A stretch of DNA of 64,000 nt from Candidatus Saccharimonadota bacterium (GCA_905372785.1 CAJPQG010000002.1:57166-121165), one strand, 5' to 3'. Positions 36,511 through 46,667 are shown, counted from the first letter of the stretch. Notes: a model not told the origin generated them from the letters alone. Numbers and translations: made by a program.

Positions 36511-37431
36511 TTACGCGCCAATGCGATCACGACGCGGACGACGACGAGCGTTGCGCTCCATGTAGTCGATAATTTTACGAGCCACGTTGCGCCGCGTCAC
36601 CTTCTCGATACCAAACCCGGGGCTAGCATTCACCTCCAGCACCAATGGTCCGCGCGCTGAACGCATTAAGTCTACACCAGCTACCACCAGCCCCATAGCC
36701 TTGGCTGCCTTAACGGCCATTTTCTTCTCAGCAGGTGTTAGTTTTATTGCAGCGCCCTCGCCGCCCTTGTGTAGATTACTGCGGAAATCATCATCGAGGC
36801 TTTTGCGCTGCATGCTTGCCACTACTTGCGATCCAACCACAAACACACGAATATCAGTGCCAGCCGACTCTTTAATAAACTCTTGTAGCAGCACGTTGGT
36901 GCCGTCCGAGTTGGTGAGGTAAAAAGCCTGCAGTACCGATTTAGCCGCTTTCTTGGTCTCGGCCAGTACCACGCCATTGCCGTGTGTGCCGCGCGCCAAT
37001 TTAATAATCGCCGGAGTACCACCAATCTCATCCAGCAGCACATCAATATCTGTTGAGTTGCGGCTAAACACCGTCTTTGGAATAGACACCCCCGCTTTAG
37101 CTAGCAGCTGCGTGCTGCGAAGCTTATCTCGCGCCCGCATAATGGCAATTGAACGGTTCATGAAGTAGGCCCGTGGATGCGCCGTTTCAAGCTGCCGCAC
37201 AACCGCAGTGCCGTATTTTGTCATATTGCTAGAAATACGCGGGATAATCACATCAAAATTGCCAAGCTCCTCCCCTTGATACATCACCTTGGGCTTCTTC
37301 TCATCAATCGAGACATAGCAATTCTTATACTTAACTATTTTAACCTGGTGGCCGCGACGCTCAGCCTCTTCCTTTAGGCGTAAGGTAGAGTAGTTGATAT
37401 TACCGTTACTTAAAATTGCAATGTTCATCAA
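36511..37431 (-). CDS. rimK: RimK-family alpha-L-glutamate ligase (ATP-grasp)
   Basis: It is collinear with E. coli RimK as recalled: IAILS, RDKLRSTQLL, VVLAET, DIRVFVVG, DFRSNLHKGG, GVDLMRSARGPLVLEVNASPG. Confidence 0.92.
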   Translation of the reverse strand: MMNIAILSNGNINYSTLRLKEEAERRGHQVKIVKYKNCYVSIDEKKPKVMYQGEELGNFDVIIPRISSNMTKYGTAVVRQLETAHPRAYFMNRSIAIMRARDKLRSTQLLAKAGVSIPKTVFSRNSTDIDVLLDEIGGTPAIIKLARGTHGNGVVLAETKKAAKSVLQAFYLTNSDGTNVLLQEFIKESAGTDIRVFVVGSQVVASMQRKSLDDDFRSNLHKGGEGAAIKLTPAEKKMAVKAAKAMGLVVAGVDLMRSARGPLVLEVNASPGFGIEKVTRRNVARKIIDYMERNARRRPRRDRIGA

Positions 37432-38507
37432 TCTATCTCCTTACCGTGGTATTTCTTATAAAATGCGACTGGATCAGCCTGTAACTCAGCATTTAGCTCG
37501 TTTGATCGTGGCGTAGCAGTAGATACATCAAGTAGTGACTCGTCTTTCTCACGCACATCGACCAAAAACTTATGCTTCAGTGTACGGCGCCCAATCAGAA
37601 TTGGATACGTGTGGCTAGATCTATCAGAAAGCCCAAACCGCACCCATACTCGCTTACCAAGCACCCTTACTAAAAGACGCACGTAAAATTTTATCACCTT
37701 ATGCCCTGACGCACTCCTAACTGCAGCCACCGAATAGTCGCTCGTGCGGATCACCTCACCAGTATAATGCGGCGAGCCCTTTCCAAACAATACAAATTGC
37801 AGCGAGCCATCCTCGTTCATGTGAATATCGCTAGCCCATACCGCCGAGCTGTCCGCGCCAGTATCAATCTTGGCTGGCACTCCACGAACTGATGCACTAA
37901 AATCTATCATCGTATTATGGCCAATAACCGGCAAATCATGCACTGCGTCCGTTTCGACCCGGTGCAGTAAGGCCTCGGCAAACTGGTCGGCTGGCGTTGG
38001 TGTTACGCCAAATACCTCATATTCATCCAGTGCCAGTCGGTCTGTTATTTCGCACGCCGCATATGCCGCAGCATCCTCCAGTGAATCAGTTACAAAAAAT
38101 ACTTGGCACGCAAAAAGCTCTAATTCTGATGTTAGTTTCTGCAACTGTTTACCCAGCTGCTTTGGCAGCGAAATCTCCGTCCAGTCGGTATCCTCCTGCC
38201 GAGCCACCGCCACAATAACCTCGCCATCAATGACCAAACTGTGCACCCGCCACTGACTATCGCTACAACTCTCTGCCTGTGGTATACCCAGCTGCCCAAG
38301 TACCTGCGTTAGCGCACTTGAATTCCGCGTAATTGCCACCCCAGCCGAGCTTGAAAACTGACTTGTTTCGTTTTGCATATATTGCCAGCCTTGGTATTCA
38401 AACGACCACAGTAGTGGCTTAGATTGCAAAATTTGTACCGGTATGTCACGCCGCTCTAGGGCCTGCATAAGTAGATGCGCAGAATCTGGCAGCTGCCGCA
38501 TAGACAA
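37428..38507 (-). CDS. Two-domain protein: N-terminal degenerate ATP-grasp-like region plus C-terminal DUF785 (RimB-like retropepsin-fold protease)
   Basis: The C-terminal motifs VPAKIDTGADSSAVWA and YPILIGRRTL are typical of the 'ATP-dependent zinc protease' family PF05618. Its stop overlaps the rimK start (ATGA). Confidence 0.7.
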   Translation of the reverse strand: MSMRQLPDSAHLLMQALERRDIPVQILQSKPLLWSFEYQGWQYMQNETSQFSSSAGVAITRNSSALTQVLGQLGIPQAESCSDSQWRVHSLVIDGEVIVAVARQEDTDWTEISLPKQLGKQLQKLTSELELFACQVFFVTDSLEDAAAYAACEITDRLALDEYEVFGVTPTPADQFAEALLHRVETDAVHDLPVIGHNTMIDFSASVRGVPAKIDTGADSSAVWASDIHMNEDGSLQFVLFGKGSPHYTGEVIRTSDYSVAAVRSASGHKVIKFYVRLLVRVLGKRVWVRFGLSDRSSHTYPILIGRRTLKHKFLVDVREKDESLLDVSTATPRSNELNAELQADPVAFYKKYHGKEID

Positions 38508-38636
38508 AAGTCCTCCTCTGTGCCGCCAGAAAACTCTACCCTCACAGCGGCATTAGATTGCTATAGTATCTCACTTTATTATGTCATAGATACTATAAAA
38601 TGCAATAGTATTGTGTCGCCACCTTGTAGATTGTGT

Positions 38637-40415
38637 TTAATACCTATTATCTTCGATGTGGGCAGCCTCACGCACCGCTGCCTTTGCAACTGCCTCCGAT
38701 ATACGATAGCGAGCCTTTTTCTGCTCCTCAATGCGCCGCACCAGGTCTGCCTGCTCTGGCACGGTTGGATCAATCTTCGCCTCCAGCAGCCCATCGAGCC
38801 CGTCCGTATCCCCTTGCTCATACAACTCTACCATATAATCCATGGCCTTCATACGCCCGGTAAAGTAGTTTAGGTCTTTGTTGTAGGTTACCGGCACATT
38901 GTCTATACCGTGCTCAGCTAAATCGAGCTGGTTACCACGAAAAATACGTAGCACCTGACGATATGCAGTATCTTGAGATTTCTCAATCAGCTCATCGCTA
39001 ATCGTCGCTTGGTCTTCTCCCTGGGCCTTCTTGGCGTTCATAAGTACTGCGTAGCGCCATGTTAGTTCATACACGCTGCGAAAATCATGGCCCTGTTCTG
39101 CCAGCGCAATACCCAGCGGCTTAGCCAAATTAACAACCGTCCAACCTGGCTTCTCATCTGCCACCGAGGCTTCTACGAGCGTAGCAAAGCCTTCTTCAAA
39201 TACGCTATAGCTACTCCACTTGCCCTCATCGTCTTTAGTGTAAACACCCGTTCCCATGACTGGCAGTCCGGTTTCAAAACCATTCAAACTACGGCCGCCG
39301 TGTACGGCATATTCATGTAGTACCTTATGATACAGCGCTTCCGGCGTTTTAAACGGCGTTCGATTTTCACCAACGCGCACAGCTCGCATATTAGCATTCC
39401 ACGAGAGTGCATTTGCACCTGGTTTTACTTCCACCTGAACGCCGTGTTCATGGTTTGGATCATCACGATTAATAATATCTTCAAAAAATTCTACTATCTC
39501 AGCCGGGGTTGCGGTGTAATCTTGACCGTATTCCTCTTTCTTGTTTTGCCACTTGTCTTCAATTGCTTGGCGCATCCAGCCATAGCGTGCATTAAAGTGC
39601 TCGCCCACCCAGTCGAGCACCTTACCTGGCTCTCCTTCGTTAAGTTTTGGCAGCTCCTGCGATGACGTATACCCATCTTCTGTCTCAAACTCTCGTGGCA
39701 ATCCAGCTATCTCATAGTCGTTTAGCGTAAAGCCATTGTTTAACTCTGCATATAGCGCCATTGCCTGCTTGTCTCCCTCTAGATCACCACCCGGAGCCAG
39801 CCGACCACCAACTCGATTCCAGATCGTCCGCAAAATCGCATTACCATCCTTCTCGTCCAAGCGTCCGTACAGCTCTTGGTTCATCTGGCGTGATAGTTCT
39901 AGTTTCTCCCGCAGCTCAGCCTTACCCTCGTCATTAAGTTCGCTAATGCGCAATTTATTCGATAGCTCATTAATCTCAGCAAGGACCAGCCCATACTCTA
40001 ACGCTCGTTGCTGGTATCCAACAGTGCTCTCTACGGCTTCCCGGCGAGCTGGCTCGGCAAACACATCAGAGGCCTCCACCGCCTGATCCAACGCGCCACC
40101 TAGCTCATCATGCATGCGCTGCAGCTTCGAAGCCCCCTCACTGCTAAGCCCTGGGTATTCCAGCACTGGATTGCGCACCTCACCATTCATGAAAGCGTTC
40201 TTTACGTCTTCATCAAGTGCGTTATTTTCAAACGACGTATATATACCATAGCCAAGGCCCTCTAGCTTGCTCGGCGTTAAAATCTCCGCCACACTAGGCC
40301 TCGCAGAAAGCGGTTCACTCGTTTCGTATTGCCAATCATTTGCCTCGGCAGCCTCCTGCCACTCAGACTGATACTCTTGCGGGTCACGCCGCCCGATATG
40401 CTCTTCTCGCCTCAT
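38637..40415 (-). CDS. Hypothetical protein, putative DUF1704/MATCAP-like (QEGLA-motif) metallocarboxypeptidase
   Basis: HEYAVH (an HExxxH pattern, nt 39300-39317) is followed 35 aa later by FEEGFAT, which resembles the family's QEGLA motif. YNKDLNYFTG lies further downstream. The call rests on memory of the family signature and has not been verified. Confidence 0.4.
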   Translation of the reverse strand: MRREEHIGRRDPQEYQSEWQEAAEANDWQYETSEPLSARPSVAEILTPSKLEGLGYGIYTSFENNALDEDVKNAFMNGEVRNPVLEYPGLSSEGASKLQRMHDELGGALDQAVEASDVFAEPARREAVESTVGYQQRALEYGLVLAEINELSNKLRISELNDEGKAELREKLELSRQMNQELYGRLDEKDGNAILRTIWNRVGGRLAPGGDLEGDKQAMALYAELNNGFTLNDYEIAGLPREFETEDGYTSSQELPKLNEGEPGKVLDWVGEHFNARYGWMRQAIEDKWQNKKEEYGQDYTATPAEIVEFFEDIINRDDPNHEHGVQVEVKPGANALSWNANMRAVRVGENRTPFKTPEALYHKVLHEYAVHGGRSLNGFETGLPVMGTGVYTKDDEGKWSSYSVFEEGFATLVEASVADEKPGWTVVNLAKPLGIALAEQGHDFRSVYELTWRYAVLMNAKKAQGEDQATISDELIEKSQDTAYRQVLRIFRGNQLDLAEHGIDNVPVTYNKDLNYFTGRMKAMDYMVELYEQGDTDGLDGLLEAKIDPTVPEQADLVRRIEEQKKARYRISEAVAKAAVREAAHIEDNRY

Positions 40416-40501
40416 AATTTACGCTTTCTTTTTTGCACTATTCTTATTTTTATAGTATACCATATAAAAAATAGCCCTCTCCAAAAAGAGGACTACTCTG
40501 C

Positions 40502-41602
40502 TTAGCTAAACAAGCCACCTTTGGCGTCTCTGAATTCCTCCAGTAGTTGCCGCTGCTTTTTATTCAATCGTTTTGGTATCTCTACCGTCAAACGTACCAC
40601 GTGTGCCCCACGTTTATCGCCACGTGGATGTTTCACGCCATAGTTCGCAAGCCGGAAATCGGTGCCACTCTGCGTACCAGCCGGTACGCGCATAGTCACT
40701 TCTCCGTCAATCGTCAACACATCGATCTCTGTTCCCAGCGCCGCATCTACCATAGAAATTTTTTGCTCACTAAAGATTGTGTCGCCATCGCGGGTGAAGC
40801 GTTTATCTGGCTGCACTCGTACGTGAATATACAAATCACCAGGTTCACCACCGGCCAAAGCCTCGCCACGCCCGCTCAATCGAATCACAGCGCCATCTTC
40901 GATACCAGCCGGAATTTTTACAGTCAAAGACTGTCGACCCCGTTGTACGCCCTTGCCGTGGCACACGTGGCATTTCTCTTCTGGTACTTTGCCGCGACCA
41001 TCACAAGTTGGGCACATAATCTGCTGCTGCACCTGGCCAAAGAGTGAATTCATAACCCGCGTCTGCTTACCGCTACCCTGACAGTCTGGGCAGGTGTCTA
41101 GCTTGGTGCCTGGCTCTGCACCATCGCCATGGCAGTGCGGACATGTCTCGTCCACTGTGGCAGCCACTTCCTGCTCGGTGCCAAACACCGACTCTTTAAA
41201 GGAAATCGTTGTCTCTACCTCTAGGTCCTGCCCACGAGTCTGGCGCCCAGCACCTCCAGCTGCACCGCCAAAAAACTGCCCAAAAATATCACTAAAATCA
41301 AACCCAGCACCAGCGCCGCCAGCAAAGCCGCCAAAGCCTTCGAACGGGTTGCCACCATAGCTCTGGCCACCGCCAGCCTGACTACCATCATATCCCGCAT
41401 GTCCAAACTGGTCATATCGGGCTCGTTTCTGCTGGTCTTTCAGCACCTCATAAGCTTCATTAACTTCTTTAAATTTAGCCTCATCACCATCACTTTTGTC
41501 TGGATGGTATTGCACCGCCTTTTTGCGAAATGCCCGTTTTATCTCATCTGCGCTTGCCGTTTTTGGCACGCCTAACACTTCATAATAATCTCGTTTACTC
41601 AT
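40502..41602 (-). CDS. dnaJ: Chaperone DnaJ
   Basis: The protein has a J domain (HPD), a G/F region, and four CxxCxG zinc-finger repeats. Confidence 0.95.
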   Translation of the reverse strand: MSKRDYYEVLGVPKTASADEIKRAFRKKAVQYHPDKSDGDEAKFKEVNEAYEVLKDQQKRARYDQFGHAGYDGSQAGGGQSYGGNPFEGFGGFAGGAGAGFDFSDIFGQFFGGAAGGAGRQTRGQDLEVETTISFKESVFGTEQEVAATVDETCPHCHGDGAEPGTKLDTCPDCQGSGKQTRVMNSLFGQVQQQIMCPTCDGRGKVPEEKCHVCHGKGVQRGRQSLTVKIPAGIEDGAVIRLSGRGEALAGGEPGDLYIHVRVQPDKRFTRDGDTIFSEQKISMVDAALGTEIDVLTIDGEVTMRVPAGTQSGTDFRLANYGVKHPRGDKRGAHVVRLTVEIPKRLNKKQRQLLEEFRDAKGGLFS

Positions 41603-41622
41603 TAGCCACCATTATAGCAAAA

Positions 41623-41649
41623 TTGGCACTCAATTAGCAAGAGTGCTAA
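41623..41649. promoter_or_regulatory. CIRCE operator (HrcA binding site) upstream of dnaJ
   Basis: The element is TTGGCACTC-N9-GAGTGCTAA, 21 nt upstream of the dnaJ ATG. Confidence 0.85.
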
Positions 41650-41782
41650 AGCATATTTACTAAGGTTTATTGCAGCTATACTCCCCACTCAAACTACTAC
41701 TCGCACGCCAGTGGTAGGCCACAAATAAAAGAGCACCTGGCTGTCCAAGTGCTCTCCGTATGCGCCATAATATCTACGGCGT

Positions 41783-43666
41783 CTACTTTTTGTCTTTGTC
41801 AACAACTTCGCCTTCAACAGGACCGTCTTCTTTTTTGTCGTCACCCGACTCGTCCTTTGCGGCTTCCTGGTACAACTTAGCGCCAATTGGCATGATCTTC
41901 GTCTGCAGTTCTTTAGCAGCTGCCTCAAGCTCTTCCTTAGTTGCCTCGGCGTTATCTTGCACCTTCTTTGCATCTGCAACAGCCTCTTCGATAGCCTTCT
42001 TGTCATCTTCAGAGATTTTGTCCTTAAACTCTTCTGGCATCTTTGCGGCTTGGTAGATGGCGTTCTCTAGCTCATTGCGAGCATCGATAGCCTCACGCTT
42101 CTTCTTATCCTCATCAGCGTGCATCTCGGCGTCCTTTTGAGCCTTTTCAATCTCTTCTTTGCTCATGTTGCCGCTTTCCTGAATGGTAATCGACTGCTCT
42201 TTGCCAGTGCCCTTGTCTTTAGCAGTAACGTTTAGTAGTCCGTTAGCATCAAGGTTAAAGGTCACCTCAATCTGCGGCACGCCACGTCGTGCTGGTGCAA
42301 TGCCATCAAGGATAAAGCGGCCAAGGCTCTTGTTATCAGCAGCCATTTCGCGCTCACCTTGCAGCACGTGAATCTCTACCTGTGGCTGGTTGTCAGCTGC
42401 CGTAGAAAATATCTGGCTCTTACTGGTTGGAATCGTGCTATTGCGCTCGATTAGCTTTGTTGTTACGCCACCCATGGTTTCAATACCAAGGCTCAGTGGA
42501 GTCACGTCAAGCAGCAGCACGTCTTTCACGTCACCAGTTAACACACCACCTTGAATTGCTGCACCGACTGAAACAACCTCATCTGGGTTTACACCCTGCA
42601 TTGGGTCTTTGCCAAAGATCTGCTTTACCTTTTCTACAACTGCTGGCATGCGGGTCATACCACCAACAAGCACTACAGAATTGATATCACTTGGCTTCAG
42701 CCCAGCATCCTTCAATGCTTTTTCAACTGGATCTGCCAGACGCTCTACCAAATCTTTCACAAGTTCTTCTAGCTTTGCGCGTGTCAGTGTGTACTCAAAG
42801 TGCTTTGGACCATCGTCATCTGCAGTAATAAATGGCAAGTTTACTTCATACGAACTGGTGCTTGAAAGTTCTTTCTTAGCTTTTTCTGCTTCATCCTTCA
42901 AACGCTGCATTGCCGCCTTATCGTTGCGCAGGTCAATGCCCTCTTCCTTCTTAAATACCTCTAGGAAGTGGTTCACGATGCGGTTGTCAAAGTCCTCACC
43001 ACCAAGGTGTGTATCACCATTGGTTGACAGCACTTCAAATACACCATCACCAAGCTCTAGGATTGAGATGTCGAACGTACCACCACCAAGGTCGAATACG
43101 GCAATCTTTTCATCCTTACCGCCCTCGAGGCCATAAGCCAAAGCTGCAGCCGTTGGCTCGTTAATAATACGCTTCACTTCAAGACCGGCAATCTTACCTG
43201 CGTCTTTGGTTGCCTGGCGCTGTGCATCGTCAAAGTATGCTGGTACGGTAATCACCGCTTCAGTTACTTTTTCACCCAAAAATGCCTCAGCATCAGCCTT
43301 GATCTTTGCCAAAATCATTGCTGAAATTTCTTCAGGAGTGTAGCTCTTATCGCCAAGTTTAACCTTTACGCCACTACCAGCCTGCTCAATCGCAAACGGC
43401 AAGATATCAATATCCTTCTGAACTTCTTTGTCGCTAAATTTACGGCCAATCAGGCGCTTTACACCATAAATCGTGTTCTTAGGGTTAGTCACACGCTGGC
43501 GCTGAGCAACTTGCCCTACCAAACGGTCTCCTTTTTTATTCACCGCCACAACACTTGGAGTGGTGCGGTTACCTTCTGCGTTTGCAATCACTTCCGGCTT
43601 ACCAGCCACCATATATGAAAACGCACTGTTGGTCGTACCTAGGTCAATTCCAATAATCTTTCCCAT
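41783..43666 (-). CDS. dnaK: Chaperone DnaK (Hsp70)
   Basis: Motifs present are [17 protein letters not shown] and the rest of a full-length Hsp70. Confidence 0.97.
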   Translation of the reverse strand: MGKIIGIDLGTTNSAFSYMVAGKPEVIANAEGNRTTPSVVAVNKKGDRLVGQVAQRQRVTNPKNTIYGVKRLIGRKFSDKEVQKDIDILPFAIEQAGSGVKVKLGDKSYTPEEISAMILAKIKADAEAFLGEKVTEAVITVPAYFDDAQRQATKDAGKIAGLEVKRIINEPTAAALAYGLEGGKDEKIAVFDLGGGTFDISILELGDGVFEVLSTNGDTHLGGEDFDNRIVNHFLEVFKKEEGIDLRNDKAAMQRLKDEAEKAKKELSSTSSYEVNLPFITADDDGPKHFEYTLTRAKLEELVKDLVERLADPVEKALKDAGLKPSDINSVVLVGGMTRMPAVVEKVKQIFGKDPMQGVNPDEVVSVGAAIQGGVLTGDVKDVLLLDVTPLSLGIETMGGVTTKLIERNSTIPTSKSQIFSTAADNQPQVEIHVLQGEREMAADNKSLGRFILDGIAPARRGVPQIEVTFNLDANGLLNVTAKDKGTGKEQSITIQESGNMSKEEIEKAQKDAEMHADEDKKKREAIDARNELENAIYQAAKMPEEFKDKISEDDKKAIEEAVADAKKVQDNAEATKEELEAAAKELQTKIMPIGAKLYQEAAKDESGDDKKEDGPVEGEVVDKDKK

Positions 43667-43769
43667 GTATCATTTCCTTTCATCATTTATTTCAGTCTTT
43701 ACTAATAAGCTGTGTTTTACTGCTGCTATGGTTTATAGCAGGGTTAGCCTACGTTTAAGTGTAACGTAA

Positions 43770-43796
43770 TTGGCACTCTCATGTCAAGAGTGCCAA
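43770..43796. promoter_or_regulatory. CIRCE operator upstream of dnaK
   Basis: The element is TTGGCACTC-N9-GAGTGCCAA, about 104 nt upstream of the dnaK ATG. Confidence 0.8.
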
Positions 43797-43826
43797 TTAG
43801 TATATTAGATCAATGAAAGTCAGATG

Positions 43827-44696
43827 CTACGCCACCGGTGGAGTTGGTGCATCAGTAGGAGTAGTAGCTATAGTTTTCTTTAGTTTATGATAATTAATGA
43901 GGGCTCGCACGAACACCACAAGACCAAAGATCATTAGCCCAGTCATGATCGTAAAGGTACCACCATTCTGCTGCTGACTAGCTATCAAAAACGTGATGTA
44001 GGTAATAGCTGCTCCAGCTAGTGGAACCAGTGTAGCTAAGGCAACCATGCGGCGCGCCTTACGCAACTGAATTGGCGAAACCTGCTTTGCAAATGCCCAG
44101 ATAAACATTGCTATCGCGAGAAGCACCGACAAGATAAGAATAATTAAATATGGCAACCCAGCCTCAATAGACTGCTTTTTGTTAGCTTCTTCGGTAGCCT
44201 TATCAAGGTTCTTAATCGCAGCGTTATATTCATCAATGGCAGTATTAAACTGCTTTGGGAACTCTTCACTAGCCTTCTTGCGTGCAGTGACATCACCGCC
44301 CGTTAGCACCGAGATACCATTATCCACAATTTCTCGTAATTTACCGGTTTTAGTCTTAAGCTCATTAGCAGCTTGAGTGTATCCATTTCCAAGTTTTAGC
44401 GAAAACGCATGATCTTCAAGGCTCTTTAGGCTGACTTGTAGTTCGGTTAGTGCTGTAAGTAACTCACTCTGCTGTAAGTCCTGTTTTGTATAGGTTCGTG
44501 TAAACGCTTCAAGGTCTGTGTTTACCTTCCCTATTGCATCAACATCAGACTGATTAACATGCTGCTGTTGCTTACTGCTACTATTATCATTATTATGGCT
44601 GTGACTGTGTGTATGCCGTATTCGAGCATGCGCAGGAGATGACGCAATTGCAACAGCGATAACGGCAATACCTATTATTGCAAAAAATTTCTTCAT
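43827..44696 (-). CDS. Hypothetical protein: signal peptide, His-rich stretch, coiled-coil ectodomain and three C-terminal TM helices
   Basis: The N-terminus reads MKKFFAIIGIAVIAVAIASSPAHA, followed by HTHSHSHNN. The C-terminal helices are hydrophobic. Confidence 0.55.
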   Translation of the reverse strand: MKKFFAIIGIAVIAVAIASSPAHARIRHTHSHSHNNDNSSSKQQQHVNQSDVDAIGKVNTDLEAFTRTYTKQDLQQSELLTALTELQVSLKSLEDHAFSLKLGNGYTQAANELKTKTGKLREIVDNGISVLTGGDVTARKKASEEFPKQFNTAIDEYNAAIKNLDKATEEANKKQSIEAGLPYLIILILSVLLAIAMFIWAFAKQVSPIQLRKARRMVALATLVPLAGAAITYITFLIASQQQNGGTFTIMTGLMIFGLVVFVRALINYHKLKKTIATTPTDAPTPPVA

Positions 44697-44813
44697 GATG
44701 GTTATTATACCATATATTGTGTATGTATTGCATATTTATGTTCATTTATATAATATCAGCGCCCTGTATCATAGAGCGCTGATATTATTAGTTTGGCATT
44801 CTTATGAGAAGAG

Positions 44814-46274
44814 TTACGCTTTGTCGCTTATCACATCACGGTCACGTGGGAATGAAGAGTATAGCAATTCGTTAACCTCAACACGTGAGTGGCCACGGCT
44901 TGCCAGTGACTTACTTGACAGAGACTTATTGACGACAGCAACACCGTCTGTCTTCTCCTGCTGAGTCAGCGCTACAACGCCGTAGTCAACGCGGGTGTTC
45001 ACGATGTATGGCGATACATAGAAGCCGGTTTTAGCACCACGGTAGGTGTTATCTTTCCAGCGTGGATTTTCTGCTCGACAACCAACGAACTGGTTGTTTT
45101 CACCACCTATAATACAGAAGTTTGCGGCATGGTCTGGGTTCTTCTCAGTAGACGAGTCGTTACAACCTGAAGTTTCACCAAGGCAGCTCACAAACTGGTT
45201 GCTACCATACTCAACGATAAACCCATGTCCACCATTTTCTTGAGCAGTACACTCGATGAACATATTCTTGGTTCCCTTAATGCGCCAACCAGCACCATCA
45301 CCAATCGAACCGCCATTCTTTGCTGGATCAATAGCGCCTGAAGATTGCTGACGACGATTGTACCAGCTAGTACACTGGTTGAACTTACACTGGCTAGTGT
45401 ATACCTCAATACCAGCTGAGCCATTACCATTACGGTTCGCACTCGAAACGTCCATACCCCAAAAACGGTTATCAGCTGCGCCACCACTACCTGGCTTACC
45501 AACCAAAAGACCTTGGTTGAGCGCACGGCGGATACGAATGTTGTAGAACTGAATAGCCTGGTCGTCACGGCCTATCACCACAAGACCGCGGTCCATGTCC
45601 CAAATTTCAAGGTTTCGCACACTGTGTACTGCATCAGGGTCTTGGCTTTTAGCACCCTTCCAATCGGTGTTTAATAGCACACCACAAACACCTGGAATAG
45701 GGCTTGCTGCCGCAAAATCACCATTCCCCGTCTTAATAAACATGTCACGCAGCCCAGCACGAGTACAGCTAGTGTCGCTGTTTGGCGTATTGTAAGTACC
45801 AATATGGAACACTCCGGTTGGGTCGTTCGCGTTTCCGCTACCGGTAGCGAACACAACTGTTGAACTACCGTGCCCATAACAAGTCACATGGCCCTTTAGC
45901 TCAATAAATGGGCTACTTACTTTGTACTTACCAGCTGGGAACTCGACCGCACCGCCGCCTCGTTCATGTGCTGTATCAATTGCCTTCTGAATTGCAGAAG
46001 TTGAGTCTTTTTGACCCGTTGGGTCTGCACCAAATGAAGTGATGCTAACGTTTGCATCGCTAGTTGTACTCATCACTTGAGCTTCACCACCACCAAGCTT
46101 TGCACGTAGCTCCGGGCTAAGTTTATTCTCAGAAATAGCATCGTTTCGAATATTGTTTGTGCCGACACTATTCTGCTTCAAAAATCCATTTTCTTCGTGA
46201 GACTGGCGTAAGAAATCATTAAGAACGCGTCCCCATGTCTGATTGTCACCGTTTGGTACTGGTAGTCGTGCCAT
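44814..46274 (-). CDS. Right-handed parallel beta-helix protein (pectate-lyase-superfamily / tailspike-like fold), no signal peptide
   Basis: The motif ITSFGADPTGQKDSTSAIQKAIDTAHERGGGAVEFPAGKYKV is typical of Pectate_lyase_3-type domains. The N-terminus is LPVPNGDNQTWGRVLNDFL. A good RBS (AAGGAAGG) precedes the ATG. Confidence 0.65.
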   Translation of the reverse strand: MARLPVPNGDNQTWGRVLNDFLRQSHEENGFLKQNSVGTNNIRNDAISENKLSPELRAKLGGGEAQVMSTTSDANVSITSFGADPTGQKDSTSAIQKAIDTAHERGGGAVEFPAGKYKVSSPFIELKGHVTCYGHGSSTVVFATGSGNANDPTGVFHIGTYNTPNSDTSCTRAGLRDMFIKTGNGDFAAASPIPGVCGVLLNTDWKGAKSQDPDAVHSVRNLEIWDMDRGLVVIGRDDQAIQFYNIRIRRALNQGLLVGKPGSGGAADNRFWGMDVSSANRNGNGSAGIEVYTSQCKFNQCTSWYNRRQQSSGAIDPAKNGGSIGDGAGWRIKGTKNMFIECTAQENGGHGFIVEYGSNQFVSCLGETSGCNDSSTEKNPDHAANFCIIGGENNQFVGCRAENPRWKDNTYRGAKTGFYVSPYIVNTRVDYGVVALTQQEKTDGVAVVNKSLSSKSLASRGHSRVEVNELLYSSFPRDRDVISDKA

Positions 46275-46335
46275 TATCGTAGATATCCTTCCTTTATTTC
46301 TGCATGTATCAGGTTAGTGAATGATCGATAGCTAA

Positions 46336-46596
46336 TTAGCCGCCGTAAGTGCCACTGCCGTAGGCACTACCAGTAGATTTATTTTGCTCTTCAACTGGTT
46401 GCTTGCTTTTTGCGACTGGCTGAGCGTGAGCTTCTGGCGCCCATAGCTGTTGTGCTGATTTCACAACGGCGCCACCACCCATAACAAGCAATCCACCAAC
46501 ACCGACATGCTTGAAGAATTCCTTCCTATCCATGGGTCTGTCTAAAAACTGCTGTACATTCTGAGGTAGCTTCATATTACTCTCTTTCTGCATCAT
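46336..46596 (-). CDS. Mini-protein consisting almost entirely of a Tat-type signal peptide
   Basis: DRKEFFK (compare the S/T-R-R-x-F-L-K consensus) is followed by the hydrophobic stretch HVGVGGLLVMGGGAVV and an AHA|Q cleavage-like site. That leaves only ~28 mature residues. Confidence 0.5.
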   Translation of the reverse strand: MMQKESNMKLPQNVQQFLDRPMDRKEFFKHVGVGGLLVMGGGAVVKSAQQLWAPEAHAQPVAKSKQPVEEQNKSTGSAYGSGTYGG

Positions 46597-46667
46597 ATAA
46601 ATCTTGGTTTGCTTTTTCTATTATACCTTGGGTAATATAGACCCTCAAGGCTGGAGGGGGTAAATAG

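Noticed and set aside
46275-46596. I considered whether the Tat-leader mini-ORF and the beta-helix gene are one gene broken by a frameshift or nonsense mutation.
   Set aside because: The 61-nt spacer contains a strong RBS (AAGGAAGG) at the correct distance from the beta-helix ATG, and the beta-helix N-terminus matches the usual start of this protein type. Separate genes therefore seem more likely. Comparison with relatives is still needed; see the Tat finding.
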